This document shows positions 1 through 10,117 of a stretch of DNA of 64,000 nt, one piece after another; the first letter of the stretch is position 1; the number at the start of each line of letters is the position of its first letter. Made by a program: the position numbers and the translations under genes. The notes below the pieces were generated by a model. The model was not told where the DNA came from and ran no database searches. It saw nothing but the letters and a program-made list of their open reading frames with translations. Origin of the DNA: Methanosuratincola petrocarbonis (GTDB taxonomy: Archaea > Thermoproteota > Methanomethylicia > Methanomethylicales > Methanomethylicaceae); the NCBI GenBank assembly GCA_030522375.1, contig CP130488.1:576569-640568 (forward strand). The letters run 5' to 3'.

Positions 1-474
1 CCCGCCCCTCCCTGGGGGTGTGAACATGGCGCACCTGTCCACCCCTGCTACCTTCGCTGGGATCGCCGTCATCAGCACGGTCGAGGGGTATGCGGCGCTC
101 CCGCCCGGAACATAGATCCCTACCGACTGTATCGGGTCGAACTTTATCCCGGCCGAGACGCCGGGGGCTATTGTGGTGGCGAACTCCAGGGGCTTCTGCA
201 GCTCTTGGAATGTGCGTATCCTATCCGCAGAGTTCTTCAGCGCGCACCTCAGCCCCTCCGGGATCGAGCTGTATGCTTTCCTCAGTTCCCCCCACTCGAC
301 CCTTATCCGGTCCGGATCCAGCTTGACCTTGTCGAACCTTTCTGTGTACTCTAGCACTGCTTCATCCCCGAGCTCCCTGACCCTCCCAACTATCGCTGAG
401 ACATAATCGACAACTTCCTTCGGAACTTGAGATGACTCTGCGGGGGACGACTCCCACTCGCTGTACCTGATCAC
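1..474 (-). CDS. hisD: Histidinol dehydrogenase, N-terminal part; the gene runs off the window start
   Basis: Minus-strand translation upstream of the hisG stop reads VIRYSEWESSPAES...VGRVRELGDEAVLEYTERFDKV...IYVPGGSAAYPSTVLMTAIPAKVAGV, which is typical of the HisD N-terminus. The GTG/TTG start lies 2 nt from or overlaps the hisG stop. Missing from the ORF track because it is truncated by the window edge. Confidence 0.6.
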   Translation of the reverse strand, partial: MIRYSEWESSPAESSQVPKEVVDYVSAIVGRVRELGDEAVLEYTERFDKVKLDPDRIRVEWGELRKAYSSIPEGLRCALKNSADRIRTFQELQKPLEFATTIAPGVSAGIKFDPIQSVGIYVPGGSAAYPSTVLMTAIPAKVAGVDRCAMFTPPGRGG

Positions 475-476
475 CC

Positions 477-1133
477 TCAAGGACTCAACCCCTTCAGCCT
501 GTTAGTTATCGCTTCGACCTTATCATACTTTGTCTTGTACGATATCTTGTTGCAGATCAGCCTCGCCGAGGAGCTCATCACCCTCCCGATCGCTGTCAGC
601 CGGTTCTTCTCCAGCGTAGCCCCAGTGCTTGAGATGTCCACGATTGCGGTCGCGAGACCTAGCCTCGGGGCTATCTCGACCGCTCCCTTTAGTGTGATCG
701 TCTCGATTTGGATCCCGAGCTCGTCGAAATAAGCCTTCGTGATATTCGGGAATTCAGTGGCGACCTTGGAACCGTGGGGGATCTCCGAGGGGCTCTTGAT
801 CCCACTCTCCCTGCTGACCGCGACGACGAGGTCGCAGCACCCGAAACGCAGGTCGGCGAGCTCGTAGACCTCGAGCCCGGTCTCCGCAACGATGTCCCTC
901 CCTGTTATCCCGAGGTCTGCTATACCGTAATAGACATAGACGGGGATGTCCGCAGCCCTTACAGAGAGGAGGTCGATGTCAGGGTCAGTCGTCTTCGAGA
1001 GGTAGGCCCTCTCCTCGCCCAGCCCCCTTATCCCTGCCGAATCGAGGAGCCTCAGCGCCGGGTCCCGCATCCTACCCTTGTTCGGCAGGGCGAAGATCAG
1101 TCTCCCTTGACCGTCAGGGCTCATACTCCTCAC
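477..1133 (-). CDS. hisG: ATP phosphoribosyltransferase, short form
   Basis: 218 aa with short-form HisG fold motifs (LIFALPNKGRM, DLVVAVS, GATLEKNRL). Sits directly downstream of hisZ with a 20-nt overlap. Confidence 0.85.
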   Translation of the reverse strand: MRSMSPDGQGRLIFALPNKGRMRDPALRLLDSAGIRGLGEERAYLSKTTDPDIDLLSVRAADIPVYVYYGIADLGITGRDIVAETGLEVYELADLRFGCCDLVVAVSRESGIKSPSEIPHGSKVATEFPNITKAYFDELGIQIETITLKGAVEIAPRLGLATAIVDISSTGATLEKNRLTAIGRVMSSSARLICNKISYKTKYDKVEAITNRLKGLSP

Positions 1134-2211
1134 CGCTCTCGATCACTACCGTCCTTTCGCCCACGAGTATCCCGCTCCTCTCGCCCCTGTAGGCGTCCAA
1201 TGTGCAGCACCTCCCCCCCTCCCTCAGGGCCCGCGCCAGACCGATCGCCTTTTCCCTGAACCCCTCTTGGTAATACAGCTTGAGCGTATCGTTGTTCTTG
1301 TTCCGCTCCAAACCTCCGAGCGCCTTTATGCAGAGGTCTATGCTCAGCGCGAAGCCCGTTGCGGTCGTATCGATCCCAAAGTCCTTCATCATGGCGTCAT
1401 ACCTCCCGCCTCCGCCGATGGGGAGCCCCATCCCCGGGGTGAAGATCTCGAATACCAGGCCATTGTAGTATGCCATTTCCCTGATGGTGCTCAGGTCGAC
1501 AAAGACCCTGGAGGCGCACCCGTAAGCTTCGAGCGCCCGGTAGAGGCCCCTGAAGTACTCGTACTCCTCCTCGAGGCACCCTGCCCTCTCGGCGATCTCC
1601 CCGATCAGCTCTGCGCCGCCCCTCTTGGTCATGAGCATGGAGAACGTCTCAAGCGCGCCGCCCTCGCAGGTCACCTTCCTCAAGTCGTCGATGGACTTGG
1701 ACGATATCGCGCGCGCCAGCCCCTTGTAATCCCTTATCTTGTACCTCTCCATCAGCTTCCTTATCACGCCCATGCTCCCGAGGTCTACGCTCGCCCTGAT
1801 CCCTACTGAGTCGAGCATCTCAAGCGCCAAAGCGACCGCCTCGGCGTCCGCACCGACCCTCTCGCCGCCAATCAGCTCAGCGCCCGCCTGCCAGTACTCC
1901 CTGAGAGAGAGGTTCCTCGACTCCAGGTACCTGATGCAGTTTGCGATGTAGCAGAGCCTCCCCTCGTCCTTAGCCTTGGAGGCCAGCATCCTCGCTATCT
2001 GGGTCGTGACTTCCCCCCTGAGCGAGAGCAGCCTGCCGTCGTAGTCCTGTACCTTGAAAATAGAGTCTGTGAACCCCTCGCCCGCCCCGCCGCGTATGAT
2101 GTCGAAGTAGTCGAGCGTCGAGGTCCGGACCTCCTTGTAGCCCCATTTCCTGAGGATCTCCCTGAACCTGCCCTCTACGAGCAGGTAGGCCTTGACCTCC
2201 TCAGGGCCCAA
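1114..2211 (-). CDS. hisZ: ATP phosphoribosyltransferase regulatory subunit, class II aaRS-like and HisS-related
   Basis: 365 aa with HisS-like class II motifs (RYDGRLLSLRGEVT, GGGGRYD). Adjacent to and overlapping the short-form hisG. Confidence 0.75.
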   Translation of the reverse strand: MGPEEVKAYLLVEGRFREILRKWGYKEVRTSTLDYFDIIRGGAGEGFTDSIFKVQDYDGRLLSLRGEVTTQIARMLASKAKDEGRLCYIANCIRYLESRNLSLREYWQAGAELIGGERVGADAEAVALALEMLDSVGIRASVDLGSMGVIRKLMERYKIRDYKGLARAISSKSIDDLRKVTCEGGALETFSMLMTKRGGAELIGEIAERAGCLEEEYEYFRGLYRALEAYGCASRVFVDLSTIREMAYYNGLVFEIFTPGMGLPIGGGGRYDAMMKDFGIDTTATGFALSIDLCIKALGGLERNKNNDTLKLYYQEGFREKAIGLARALREGGRCCTLDAYRGERSGILVGERTVVIESGEEYEP

Positions 2212-2392
2212 ATCCCTGAATCCCCTAGGCGTCTGGAGCCTTGTGAACTAAATTCCTCCTTTCCATCATGCTCCCCTGAAGCCGGAAGCCTTTTTCGGTA
2301 TTTAAGCTTTTCCCACTCCTTTCCCACTTAAAAATAAATCGATTTGGAGCTCAATTTCGCATCATATAACCTTTAAAAAGGCTCTGGGAGAG

Positions 2393-2731
2393 TTGATTTC
2401 CGGTGCGCTTATGCGGCCTGCGACCAGGATCCTCGCCGATTCTGCTGCCGATGCGGGCAATGCGGTCTGCGAGGTTGAGCTCGGACTTCGGTCACTACGG
2501 GCCCTGGTCGGGGAGCCCGGCAAGAGGCGGTCGTTGGGCAACCTCAAGAAGGTCGGCACTGCCCTGCTGCTGACACCAACACCTGAGCCGTTCAGCGATA
2601 TCGCAGGGCTTGCACTCATCGGGATCGGGGCTTTGGCTGAACGGTGGTGCTGCCCAATGACCGTCTCTGAGATGTCTAGGGAGGCAGGGTGCGTCTTCCG
2701 GTCGCTCCTCTGCACGCCTGGGCTGCTCTGA
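2393..2731 (+). CDS. Hypothetical protein, possibly membrane-associated, TTG start
   Basis: 112-aa ORF in the 720-bp hisZ-nrdD intergenic region. An AT-rich putative promoter lies upstream at about 2325-2345. No recognisable family. An overlapping antisense ORF is also present. Confidence 0.2.
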   Translation: MISGALMRPATRILADSAADAGNAVCEVELGLRSLRALVGEPGKRRSLGNLKKVGTALLLTPTPEPFSDIAGLALIGIGALAERWCCPMTVSEMSREAGCVFRSLLCTPGLL

Positions 2732-2934
2732 ACTTATTTATTTATATTCTACGATAAGGATTCCTGGCGTGCCCAGTACGCAGTTTATTTGCCGAAATGA
2801 AAATCCGCCATATTGTGTTGGACAGTTATCAATTTTTCTAAACATTTTACTCTAAAAAACCTTATAAGCGCTGGATCCGATAGGAATAAAATGCCGGTAA
2901 ATATTAGAGTTGAGCTCGTATCGGGGGTCTGGTT

Positions 2935-5106
2935 ATGACAGAAGTAATAGTGAACGGCAAACTCCCTCCACCCGTGAGGCGGAGCGACGGAGTAATAGTC
3001 CCATTCAATAAGGATCTGATAGTGAAGAGCCTGCTCAAGGAAACCCAGCTCGTCAAGGAGCTTTACAACGAGCGCCCCCTCACAGAGGAGGAGGCTAAGA
3101 TGATTGCCGACGAGGTGCAGGACGAGATACTGGGGATGCGCCTCAAGATGCTCAGTGGCCCCCTGATACGCGAGATAGTCAACGTGAAGCTCTTAGAGCA
3201 CGGGTTCGCCAAGCAAAGGAACGTCTACACCAGGGTCGGGATGCCCCTGTACGAGGTCTACAAGATAGATAACTCCGACGGCTACGAGTCGAGGGAGAAC
3301 GCGAACCTCCAGCCGAACCCTGAGACATTCCACAAGAAGAAGGCAGACTTCCTCAGCAAGGAGTCTTACCTCCTCATGATCCCTTCACATATTGCCGACG
3401 CGCACCTCCGTGGGGACATCCATCTCCATGACCTGGAGTACTGGGGGACTCGCCCGTTCTGCCAGGACTGGGACCTCAGGTACTTCTTCTATTACGGGCT
3501 CATGCCGGACGGGACTGGGACACACACCTCGGTCGCTGGACCCGCAAAGCACGCAGAGGTCGCGATCCTGCATGCTGCGAAAGTGCTCGGGGCTGCGCAG
3601 ACCAACTTCGCCGGCGGCCAGGGCTTCTTCAACTTCACTGTCTTCATGGCTCCGTACCTGAAGGACTTTGACACGAAAAAGCTGCACCAGACCGCGCAGA
3701 TGTTCCTCTACGAGATGACCCAGCTATACGTAGCCCGCGGCGGCCAGCCCGTATTCTCCTCGATACAGATCGAGTCCGGCGTCCCAAAGGTCTGGCAGGA
3801 TGCGCCCGTGGTATCGCACGGCAAGAAGTGGCCAGACCTGAGGTACGGCGACCTCGAGGACACTGTCCACGCTTTCGCGGTCGCGCTGCTCGAGGAGTAC
3901 CTGAAAGGCGATGCGATGGGCAAGATGTTCAACTTCCCGAAGCCTGAGGTCGTCCAGAGGGCGAGGTACTGGGACGACAAGGAGTTCGAGGACGTGATGC
4001 TCAAGGCAGCCGAGCTCTCGGCGAAGTTCGGTTCGACATACTACGACAACATGATCCCCGCCTACAGGGGAGGCGAGGACGGCGTCTCGTGCTTCCAGTG
4101 CTGCGCATACTCGTTCTCGGAGGACGGCAAGTCCGAGAACTTCCAGAAGAAGGTGATGTTCGAGGACGGGGCCCACTTCTCGATGGGCGGGATGCAGGTG
4201 GTCACCGTCAACCTGCCGAGGGTCGCATACAAGTCAGGGGGGGACGAAGCGCGGCTCCTTGAGGTGCTGAAGTCCACAATGGACATCGCGAAGGAGGCCC
4301 TAATGCTCAAGAAGGCGACGATAAGGCGGCAGTTCGACAGGGGCCTGATACCATTCGCGTCCCAGCGCCCCCGCGGCGCCCCGCCGGCGGTCGACATCGG
4401 CAATCTCTCGCTCACTATAGGGTTCGTCGGGATGAACGAGCTCGTCCAGCACATGACGGGTTATGAGATCCACGAGGACCCGTCAGCCCAGAAGCTGGCC
4501 CTCAAAGTGCTGATCGAGATGGACAAGATAAGTAAGTCCTACAGCGAGGAGACTGGGGAGAAGTTCTCCATCGCAAGGACGCCTGCAGAGTCCGCTGCCC
4601 AGCGCTTCGCGGTGGCTGACCTGATACACTACCCCAAGTTTGCTAGGGAGCTGGTGAAGGGGGACCTTGAGAAGGGGCTGTCTTTGCTGAACGACACAAA
4701 GGACATCCCAGTCTACTATTCCAACGGAGCGCACGTCAACGTCGCTGCGCAGCTCCCGCTGGACCAGCGCCTCTCGATCGAGCAGAGGTTCTTCCCGATA
4801 CTCAAGGGAGGGGACATATTCCACGTCTGGCTTGGCGAGGCAAACCCGGACCCAGAAGCCCTGATGAAGCTCAACATGAGGCTTGCGAAGCAGTCATGGG
4901 TCGGCTACTGGTCCCACACGAAGGACATCACAGTCTGCAGGGACTGCGGCTATGTCGGCGGCGGGCTGAATTCGAGTTGCCCGACTTGCGGCAGCCGCTC
5001 TGTGAAGAACTACTCCAGGATAACTGGTTACTACCAGGACGTCAGCTCTTGGAACGCTGCCAAAAGGCAGGAGCTCAAGGAAAGGTACAGGGTCAGGCTC
5101 TCATGA
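2935..5106 (+). CDS. nrdD: Anaerobic ribonucleoside-triphosphate reductase, class III
   Basis: 723 aa. C-terminal Cys4 zinc ribbon (CRDCGYVGGGLNSSCPTCGS) and glycyl-radical motif (SRITGYY). NrdD-family core. Confidence 0.9.
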   Translation: MTEVIVNGKLPPPVRRSDGVIVPFNKDLIVKSLLKETQLVKELYNERPLTEEEAKMIADEVQDEILGMRLKMLSGPLIREIVNVKLLEHGFAKQRNVYTRVGMPLYEVYKIDNSDGYESRENANLQPNPETFHKKKADFLSKESYLLMIPSHIADAHLRGDIHLHDLEYWGTRPFCQDWDLRYFFYYGLMPDGTGTHTSVAGPAKHAEVAILHAAKVLGAAQTNFAGGQGFFNFTVFMAPYLKDFDTKKLHQTAQMFLYEMTQLYVARGGQPVFSSIQIESGVPKVWQDAPVVSHGKKWPDLRYGDLEDTVHAFAVALLEEYLKGDAMGKMFNFPKPEVVQRARYWDDKEFEDVMLKAAELSAKFGSTYYDNMIPAYRGGEDGVSCFQCCAYSFSEDGKSENFQKKVMFEDGAHFSMGGMQVVTVNLPRVAYKSGGDEARLLEVLKSTMDIAKEALMLKKATIRRQFDRGLIPFASQRPRGAPPAVDIGNLSLTIGFVGMNELVQHMTGYEIHEDPSAQKLALKVLIEMDKISKSYSEETGEKFSIARTPAESAAQRFAVADLIHYPKFARELVKGDLEKGLSLLNDTKDIPVYYSNGAHVNVAAQLPLDQRLSIEQRFFPILKGGDIFHVWLGEANPDPEALMKLNMRLAKQSWVGYWSHTKDITVCRDCGYVGGGLNSSCPTCGSRSVKNYSRITGYYQDVSSWNAAKRQELKERYRVRLS

Positions 5107-5960
5107 GCGCGGGCAGCGGCAGTAGTGGACACGGCTCTTCGGGCAGGGGAGGAGGGAAAGGCAGAGGCAGTGATCTCGGCGCGGGATCAAAAGCCGAGGC
5201 CTACGCCCCAGAAATTATGCCCCTCTCCCTATGCGACTTCCCTGGGGAGCCAGCCATAGTGATCTTCTTCTCCGGGTGCAACTACCGGTGCGGATACTGC
5301 CAGAACTGGAAGATAAGGGAGCAGGACAGGTCGCACTTGACAAGGATCGACCGGATCGAGCAGGTCTTGGAGGGCGGGAAGCTGATCAGCGCCTGCAAGG
5401 TGACAGGCGGGGAGCCTCTCCTCCAGCCTGAGGCCCTGATGAGGATCGCTAAGAAGGCAAGGTCGCTCGGGTACAAGTTCGGGATTGACACCAACGGCAC
5501 ACTCCCGGAGCGGCTCAGGGAGATGCTGCCTTTGCTCGACCTCGTCTCGATCGACATCAAGACCGCCCTCAACGACCTCGAGTACAGGAAGGTGGCTGGG
5601 GTGGACAGACCGATGGTGGACCGTGTGGTCGAGTCGATTAGGATCGCGCTCGCCTCGAGCGCATTCGTGGACCTCCGCATGGTAGTGATCCCGGGGGTGA
5701 ACGACAGCCTGGAGGTTATCCGGTCGATTGGCCAGGACTTGAGCAGGATGGGGTACGGGGATAAGGCCTCAGCCGGCGGTGCAAGTTTCACCTTGGTTGA
5801 GTTCGTCCCGGAAAACGCCGGGAGCAGGGAGTACTCGATGATACGGAACCCGTCAGTTGAGGAGCTCGCAAGGCTGGCGAAGGCAGTGGGTCTCCGTAAT
5901 GTGCGGGTCTCGCACCGCGCGCTTGGATATTGCGTAAGCGTAGAGAAGATTCAGCTATGA
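5103..5960 (+). CDS. nrdG: Anaerobic ribonucleotide reductase activating protein, radical SAM
   Basis: ATGA start/stop overlap with nrdD. Radical SAM CNYRCGYC motif. Carries a Gly/Ser-rich N-terminal extension; the alternative start is the MPLSLCDF methionine. Confidence 0.8.
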   Translation: MSAGSGSSGHGSSGRGGGKGRGSDLGAGSKAEAYAPEIMPLSLCDFPGEPAIVIFFSGCNYRCGYCQNWKIREQDRSHLTRIDRIEQVLEGGKLISACKVTGGEPLLQPEALMRIAKKARSLGYKFGIDTNGTLPERLREMLPLLDLVSIDIKTALNDLEYRKVAGVDRPMVDRVVESIRIALASSAFVDLRMVVIPGVNDSLEVIRSIGQDLSRMGYGDKASAGGASFTLVEFVPENAGSREYSMIRNPSVEELARLAKAVGLRNVRVSHRALGYCVSVEKIQL

Positions 5961-6019
5961 TGTTCCACCACAGATTTGTTATGAAAAAGGGAACGATAAG
6001 AAAAAAGCGAGGGGAAGGA

Positions 6020-7816
6020 TCACTGGAGTGGAATCGCCTTTATCAAGTCGAGCGTCACAAAGTCGCTTATCCGAACTTGGTCGTTGGACACTGTATAGAG
6101 GGCGTCCTCGATGTAAAGGATACGCCTTACCGTCAGGCTCCAGTAGCTCTGTTCCATTTCTGACTGGTGCACTATTATGCCCCTGAGGGAGAAGCCCACC
6201 TCGGCGCTCACATTGAAGACGAATGCGCCTTGGGAGTACTTCCATGCGCCGTAGTCCTCAGTCCACCCGACGGGGATGGCTAGCAGCTGCCTTTCCGCAC
6301 TGAAGAGGAACGCCTTCGGGTCGTAGAGCGACTCCGAGTCTGAGTAGGTATAGTTGAGCCCGAACTTCGCGACCTCCCTGGGCGCGCTCACGTCCTCCAC
6401 GTTAAACAAGGAGAGCTTCAGGTTATTCCCTTCCTTGCCGAGGCCGATTATGTGATCCTCATCCAGCGGGTGGAGGTAGCTTGAGTATCCGGGGATCTTC
6501 AGGTAGCCGAGCACAGATGGGCTGGACGGATCACTCAGGTCAATCACGAAGAACGGATCGACTTGCCTGAATGTGACTAAGTAGCACCTGTCGCCCATGA
6601 ACCTAGCCGAATAGATCCTCTCACCGGGGGCTATCCCCTCGAGCGCCCCGACAATTTCCATCCTCATGTTCAGCACGTAGAGCGCGTTCTCGCTCCCGTT
6701 CGAGGTCCACTCGGTCGTCGCAACCCTGAAGTACCCGTTGTGTTCGTCCATGCTGTACTGGTTCAGTATCCCGCCTGGCACCGTGCCGCTGGCCTCGAGC
6801 GTAACCTTCCCGTCCTTCAGGCTCAGCCTGTAGACGAGCGTCTCCTCCTTCCAGTCCTCGGCGCTACTGCTGGGGGCGATGATCATGATCCTCACCGGGT
6901 AGGAGCGGTGGGCAACGAGGTACATGTTCTCTGGCGAGACGTACATCGTAGAGGATGCGCCAGCCAGGAAAGTCTCGTCTGACGGAGGGATCGAGTCATC
7001 GATCACGTTCAAGGAGATGACGGTCATGAACAAATAGTGCGACTCCTGGGACTCTATGTAGTAGATCTCCTCAGGCTTTGTCTCCTTGGTCGATCCGTCG
7101 CACGCATAGGCTGGGAGCTCGATCCTGTAATCTTGGCTGTCAAAGTCATAAACGTACGGGTACTCCTGCGAGACTATGTAGACGTACTCTCCTATCATCC
7201 TCGAGCCGCTGATTGTGCCGTTCACAACGAGCTCTCTTGCTAGTTCAGGGGAGGATCTGTCGGTGATGTCATAGACCCTGACAAATGAGTTGGCTATATA
7301 GACCGGGTAAGCCTTGAAAGCAACCGCCGAATATCCGCTCCCGATGACCACCAGCCGGTCGCCGTTGATGTAGAGGTCCTGCGAGTATGAGTTGTTGATC
7401 ACGATCTTGGAGACGACCCTTGCATCATCGGGCGGGTAGGCCTTCACGATGTAGACTGTGTCCCCGGAGGCGATGTAGAGGTACTCGCCGTCGCTCTTGA
7501 CAATGTCTGCCTCGTCTACGCCTGCTACCTGTATGTTTGTAGTCGAATAGTCCTTCAGCCCACCTTCGGCGGTAGTCGCCTGAAATGCAAAATCCCTATT
7601 GAAGTAAAAGACCGGCCACCAGGATGGGGCTCCGCCCTTCAAGTAGGCCTCGATCTCGTCCATGCTGGAGAACCGCTTGAGGTTCGGATCAGGGGCCTGG
7701 CTCATCGAGTAGGCTGCCGCGACAAAGACAACCAACACCAAAGGAACCGCTACTATAATGGCTTTTTTGTAGGATGAAAGCTGCCTCATAACATTTACCT
7801 GATATAACGTTATCAC
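6020..7816 (-). CDS. Secreted or membrane-anchored beta-propeller domain protein, COG4880-like
   Basis: 598 aa. N-terminal TM/signal (KKAIIVAVPLVLVVFVAAAY). Long beta-rich repeat region typical of the archaeal secreted C-terminal beta-propeller protein family. Confidence 0.7.
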   Translation of the reverse strand: MITLYQVNVMRQLSSYKKAIIVAVPLVLVVFVAAAYSMSQAPDPNLKRFSSMDEIEAYLKGGAPSWWPVFYFNRDFAFQATTAEGGLKDYSTTNIQVAGVDEADIVKSDGEYLYIASGDTVYIVKAYPPDDARVVSKIVINNSYSQDLYINGDRLVVIGSGYSAVAFKAYPVYIANSFVRVYDITDRSSPELARELVVNGTISGSRMIGEYVYIVSQEYPYVYDFDSQDYRIELPAYACDGSTKETKPEEIYYIESQESHYLFMTVISLNVIDDSIPPSDETFLAGASSTMYVSPENMYLVAHRSYPVRIMIIAPSSSAEDWKEETLVYRLSLKDGKVTLEASGTVPGGILNQYSMDEHNGYFRVATTEWTSNGSENALYVLNMRMEIVGALEGIAPGERIYSARFMGDRCYLVTFRQVDPFFVIDLSDPSSPSVLGYLKIPGYSSYLHPLDEDHIIGLGKEGNNLKLSLFNVEDVSAPREVAKFGLNYTYSDSESLYDPKAFLFSAERQLLAIPVGWTEDYGAWKYSQGAFVFNVSAEVGFSLRGIIVHQSEMEQSYWSLTVRRILYIEDALYTVSNDQVRISDFVTLDLIKAIPLQ

Positions 7817-7918
7817 TATGTGATTTTATGCTATTGTTCTGAACGCCCATTCTAATGATTAGAACACCCCGCCCAAAGGGAGCAGGATTTTTATAACATC
7901 CAAGTCTTCCGAGGAAAA

Positions 7919-8341
7919 ATGTCAGCAAATAGGAACAGAAGCAGAATAAGAATCAGAAGCAAAAGAGGGGAGATCTCGACCCCCATAATAACCATCCTGG
8001 TGACTGTAGCCGCCCTGGCCGTCACTGGGATCGCGGTCAGCTGGATGCTCTCTACTGGCGCAGCTGCTGCGAACCAGGGCGCCCTAATGATCGTGGGATC
8101 CCCTGTGGTCCAGAATGATACGCTGTACCTGACTGTCAGGAACATAGGGAACGCAAACGCGACAATCTCGTCGTGCCTCCTAGGGGGCCAGAATGCAACT
8201 CGCAGTGATGTGATCCAGGCAGGGCATAGCATGGTACTCAACATCACCTTCAACAATGCCAGCTTCCCCACCGGGACCATTCTCAAGGGTTCACTGAACA
8301 CAGACCAGGGAATCTTGCCTTTCAGCGCCTTCGTCCAGTAA
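7919..8341 (+). CDS. Archaeal type IV pilin-like protein with class III signal peptide
   Basis: N-terminus SKRG|EISTPIITILVTVAALAVTG matches the class III (prepilin peptidase) signal [KR]G-x-IS plus hydrophobic helix. Lies immediately upstream of the pilus ATPase and membrane genes. A T-rich terminator follows. Confidence 0.7.
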   Translation: MSANRNRSRIRIRSKRGEISTPIITILVTVAALAVTGIAVSWMLSTGAAAANQGALMIVGSPVVQNDTLYLTVRNIGNANATISSCLLGGQNATRSDVIQAGHSMVLNITFNNASFPTGTILKGSLNTDQGILPFSAFVQ

Positions 8342-8395
8342 CCTCCCTCTTTTTTTATTTCCATCTGTTCCATCCAGTCGGGAAGTGGTATCAGT

Positions 8396-10117
8396 TTGCG
8401 CTTGATCGGCAGGCGAAGGGACAGGGGCGGGATCGACTCAAGGTCCTTCGAGAGCCTCGAGGATGAGGTCTTTGAAGGGATAGAGCGTCGATACAGCTCC
8501 CCAAAGGGAAGGTTTGACCTGCCTGCCTTCAGCATCAAGACCTCATACGTGCGCCTCTCGAACTATGAGGTCATAGAGAGCTACACCGTCGGGCTATCAA
8601 CGGTCTACATAACAAAGGACATGGAGTACCTGATCAACGACCCTCCCCTGACCCCAGAGGAGCACAAGAAATTGGGCGACATCGCTTCAAAGCTCCTCTT
8701 CATAATGCCAGCCTCGGCTGTCGGGGACGAGCGGCAGTTCGAGGAGTACCTGAAGAGGGCAGGGCTAAGCGACCAGCGGTACAAGTACTTCCTCAAGAGG
8801 GAGATTGTCGGCTACGGGCTACTCGACCCGATGGTATCCGACCCGAAGGTCGAGGACATTGTCGTTGCGTCATCGAACAGCCCCGTCTCGTGCAGCCACT
8901 CCGACTACGGCACCATGCCCAGCAATATCCGTTTCAGGCCGGATGAGATCGACAGGTACGTGGAGAAGCTGGTCCACCTCTCTGGAAAGTCCGTCTCGCT
9001 ATACAAGCCCATCCTGAGCATAAGGCTCCCGAACGGTTCAAGGCTCTCGGCCTCCTACAAGAGGGAGGTCTCGGTCGAGGGGTCGAGCTTCATAATACGC
9101 AAGTTCCCGGAGAAGCCCTGGTCAATCACCTCACTGATGCTGGTGAACACCCTCTCCCCGGAGATCGCAGCCTGGCTGATGATGCTGGAGGAGCATCGCA
9201 AGGCGTTCCTCGTCTGCGGGTCGATGGGGACTGGGAAGACCTCGACGATAAACGCCCTGTGCAACCTCATACCTGAGAGGGCTGTGATAGTCACCATAGA
9301 GGACACGCCCGAGCTCAGGCTGGCACACCCTAACAGGCTCTCGCTGGTCGTCAGGGAGTCAGCGACCTTGGACGAGCGCGGCGAGATCGGCATGTTCGCG
9401 CTGGTCAAGGAGGCGCTCCGGATGTCCGCCGACTATATCATAGTTGGGGAGGTGAGGGGCGAGGAGGGCAGGATCTGGGCACAGGCGATAATGACCGGTC
9501 ACGGGGGGATCACGTCCCTCCACGCCGAGAGCCCTTACTCCGCAATCGAGCGCCTCCTCTCGCAGCCCATCTCCGTCGACAGGGGCGCACTGAAGTCGCT
9601 GGCAGGAATACTATTCATGGGGAGATCGGCGTATTTCGCGGAGGGCCGCCAGAGGCAGCGGAGGCGGGTCCTCAACTACTACGACCTGAACCCTGATCTG
9701 ACGCTCACGCCAGTCTTCTCCTACTCATGCGAGGGGGATCGGTTCTGCCATGACGAGTCGAGGATCCTCTCCTCCAACTCCGCAAGGAGGATAATGCAGG
9801 AGACTGGCTTCTCTGAAAAGGTCTTCCTCGAGAGGTACCGCAGGCGGGTGGATTTCCTCACCAGCCTGCTCCAGATCGCAAAGGTAAGGCCGGAGTACAG
9901 GGAGTACCTGCTGGTTGCAAAAGCCGTCTGGCTCTTCCAGTCTTCCCCAGACGACTTTGACCCAGAAGATCTGATCTACTCCGGCGACTCATTCAAGGCG
10001 GGCCCAGAAGCTCTCTCAAAAGGCCTCAACGTGAACGCGAAGCTGAATGATGAGGCAGGGGTTCACACATCAGTGCCCAAAGGGGCCCGCGGGCGGGTGA
10101 AGGCCCTTGACGCCTGA
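8396..10117 (+). CDS. Type II/IV secretion system ATPase, archaeal FlaI/TadA/GspE family
   Basis: 573 aa. Walker A GSMGTGKTSTINAL and GspE-like core. TTG/ATG start region. Followed by the membrane platform gene. Confidence 0.85.
   Translation: MRLIGRRRDRGGIDSRSFESLEDEVFEGIERRYSSPKGRFDLPAFSIKTSYVRLSNYEVIESYTVGLSTVYITKDMEYLINDPPLTPEEHKKLGDIASKLLFIMPASAVGDERQFEEYLKRAGLSDQRYKYFLKREIVGYGLLDPMVSDPKVEDIVVASSNSPVSCSHSDYGTMPSNIRFRPDEIDRYVEKLVHLSGKSVSLYKPILSIRLPNGSRLSASYKREVSVEGSSFIIRKFPEKPWSITSLMLVNTLSPEIAAWLMMLEEHRKAFLVCGSMGTGKTSTINALCNLIPERAVIVTIEDTPELRLAHPNRLSLVVRESATLDERGEIGMFALVKEALRMSADYIIVGEVRGEEGRIWAQAIMTGHGGITSLHAESPYSAIERLLSQPISVDRGALKSLAGILFMGRSAYFAEGRQRQRRRVLNYYDLNPDLTLTPVFSYSCEGDRFCHDESRILSSNSARRIMQETGFSEKVFLERYRRRVDFLTSLLQIAKVRPEYREYLLVAKAVWLFQSSPDDFDPEDLIYSGDSFKAGPEALSKGLNVNAKLNDEAGVHTSVPKGARGRVKALDA

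Noticed and set aside
2362-2715. 117-aa minus-strand ORF overlapping the 2393..2731 + ORF
   Set aside because: Neither frame has recognisable features. At most one can be real. The + strand ORF was kept only as a low-confidence feature.
4896-5102. 5' extension of the nrdG ORF (4896..5960) overlapping the nrdD 3' end
   Set aside because: It lies in a different frame inside nrdD. The ATG at 5103 forms an ATGA overlap with the nrdD stop and precedes the radical-SAM core.
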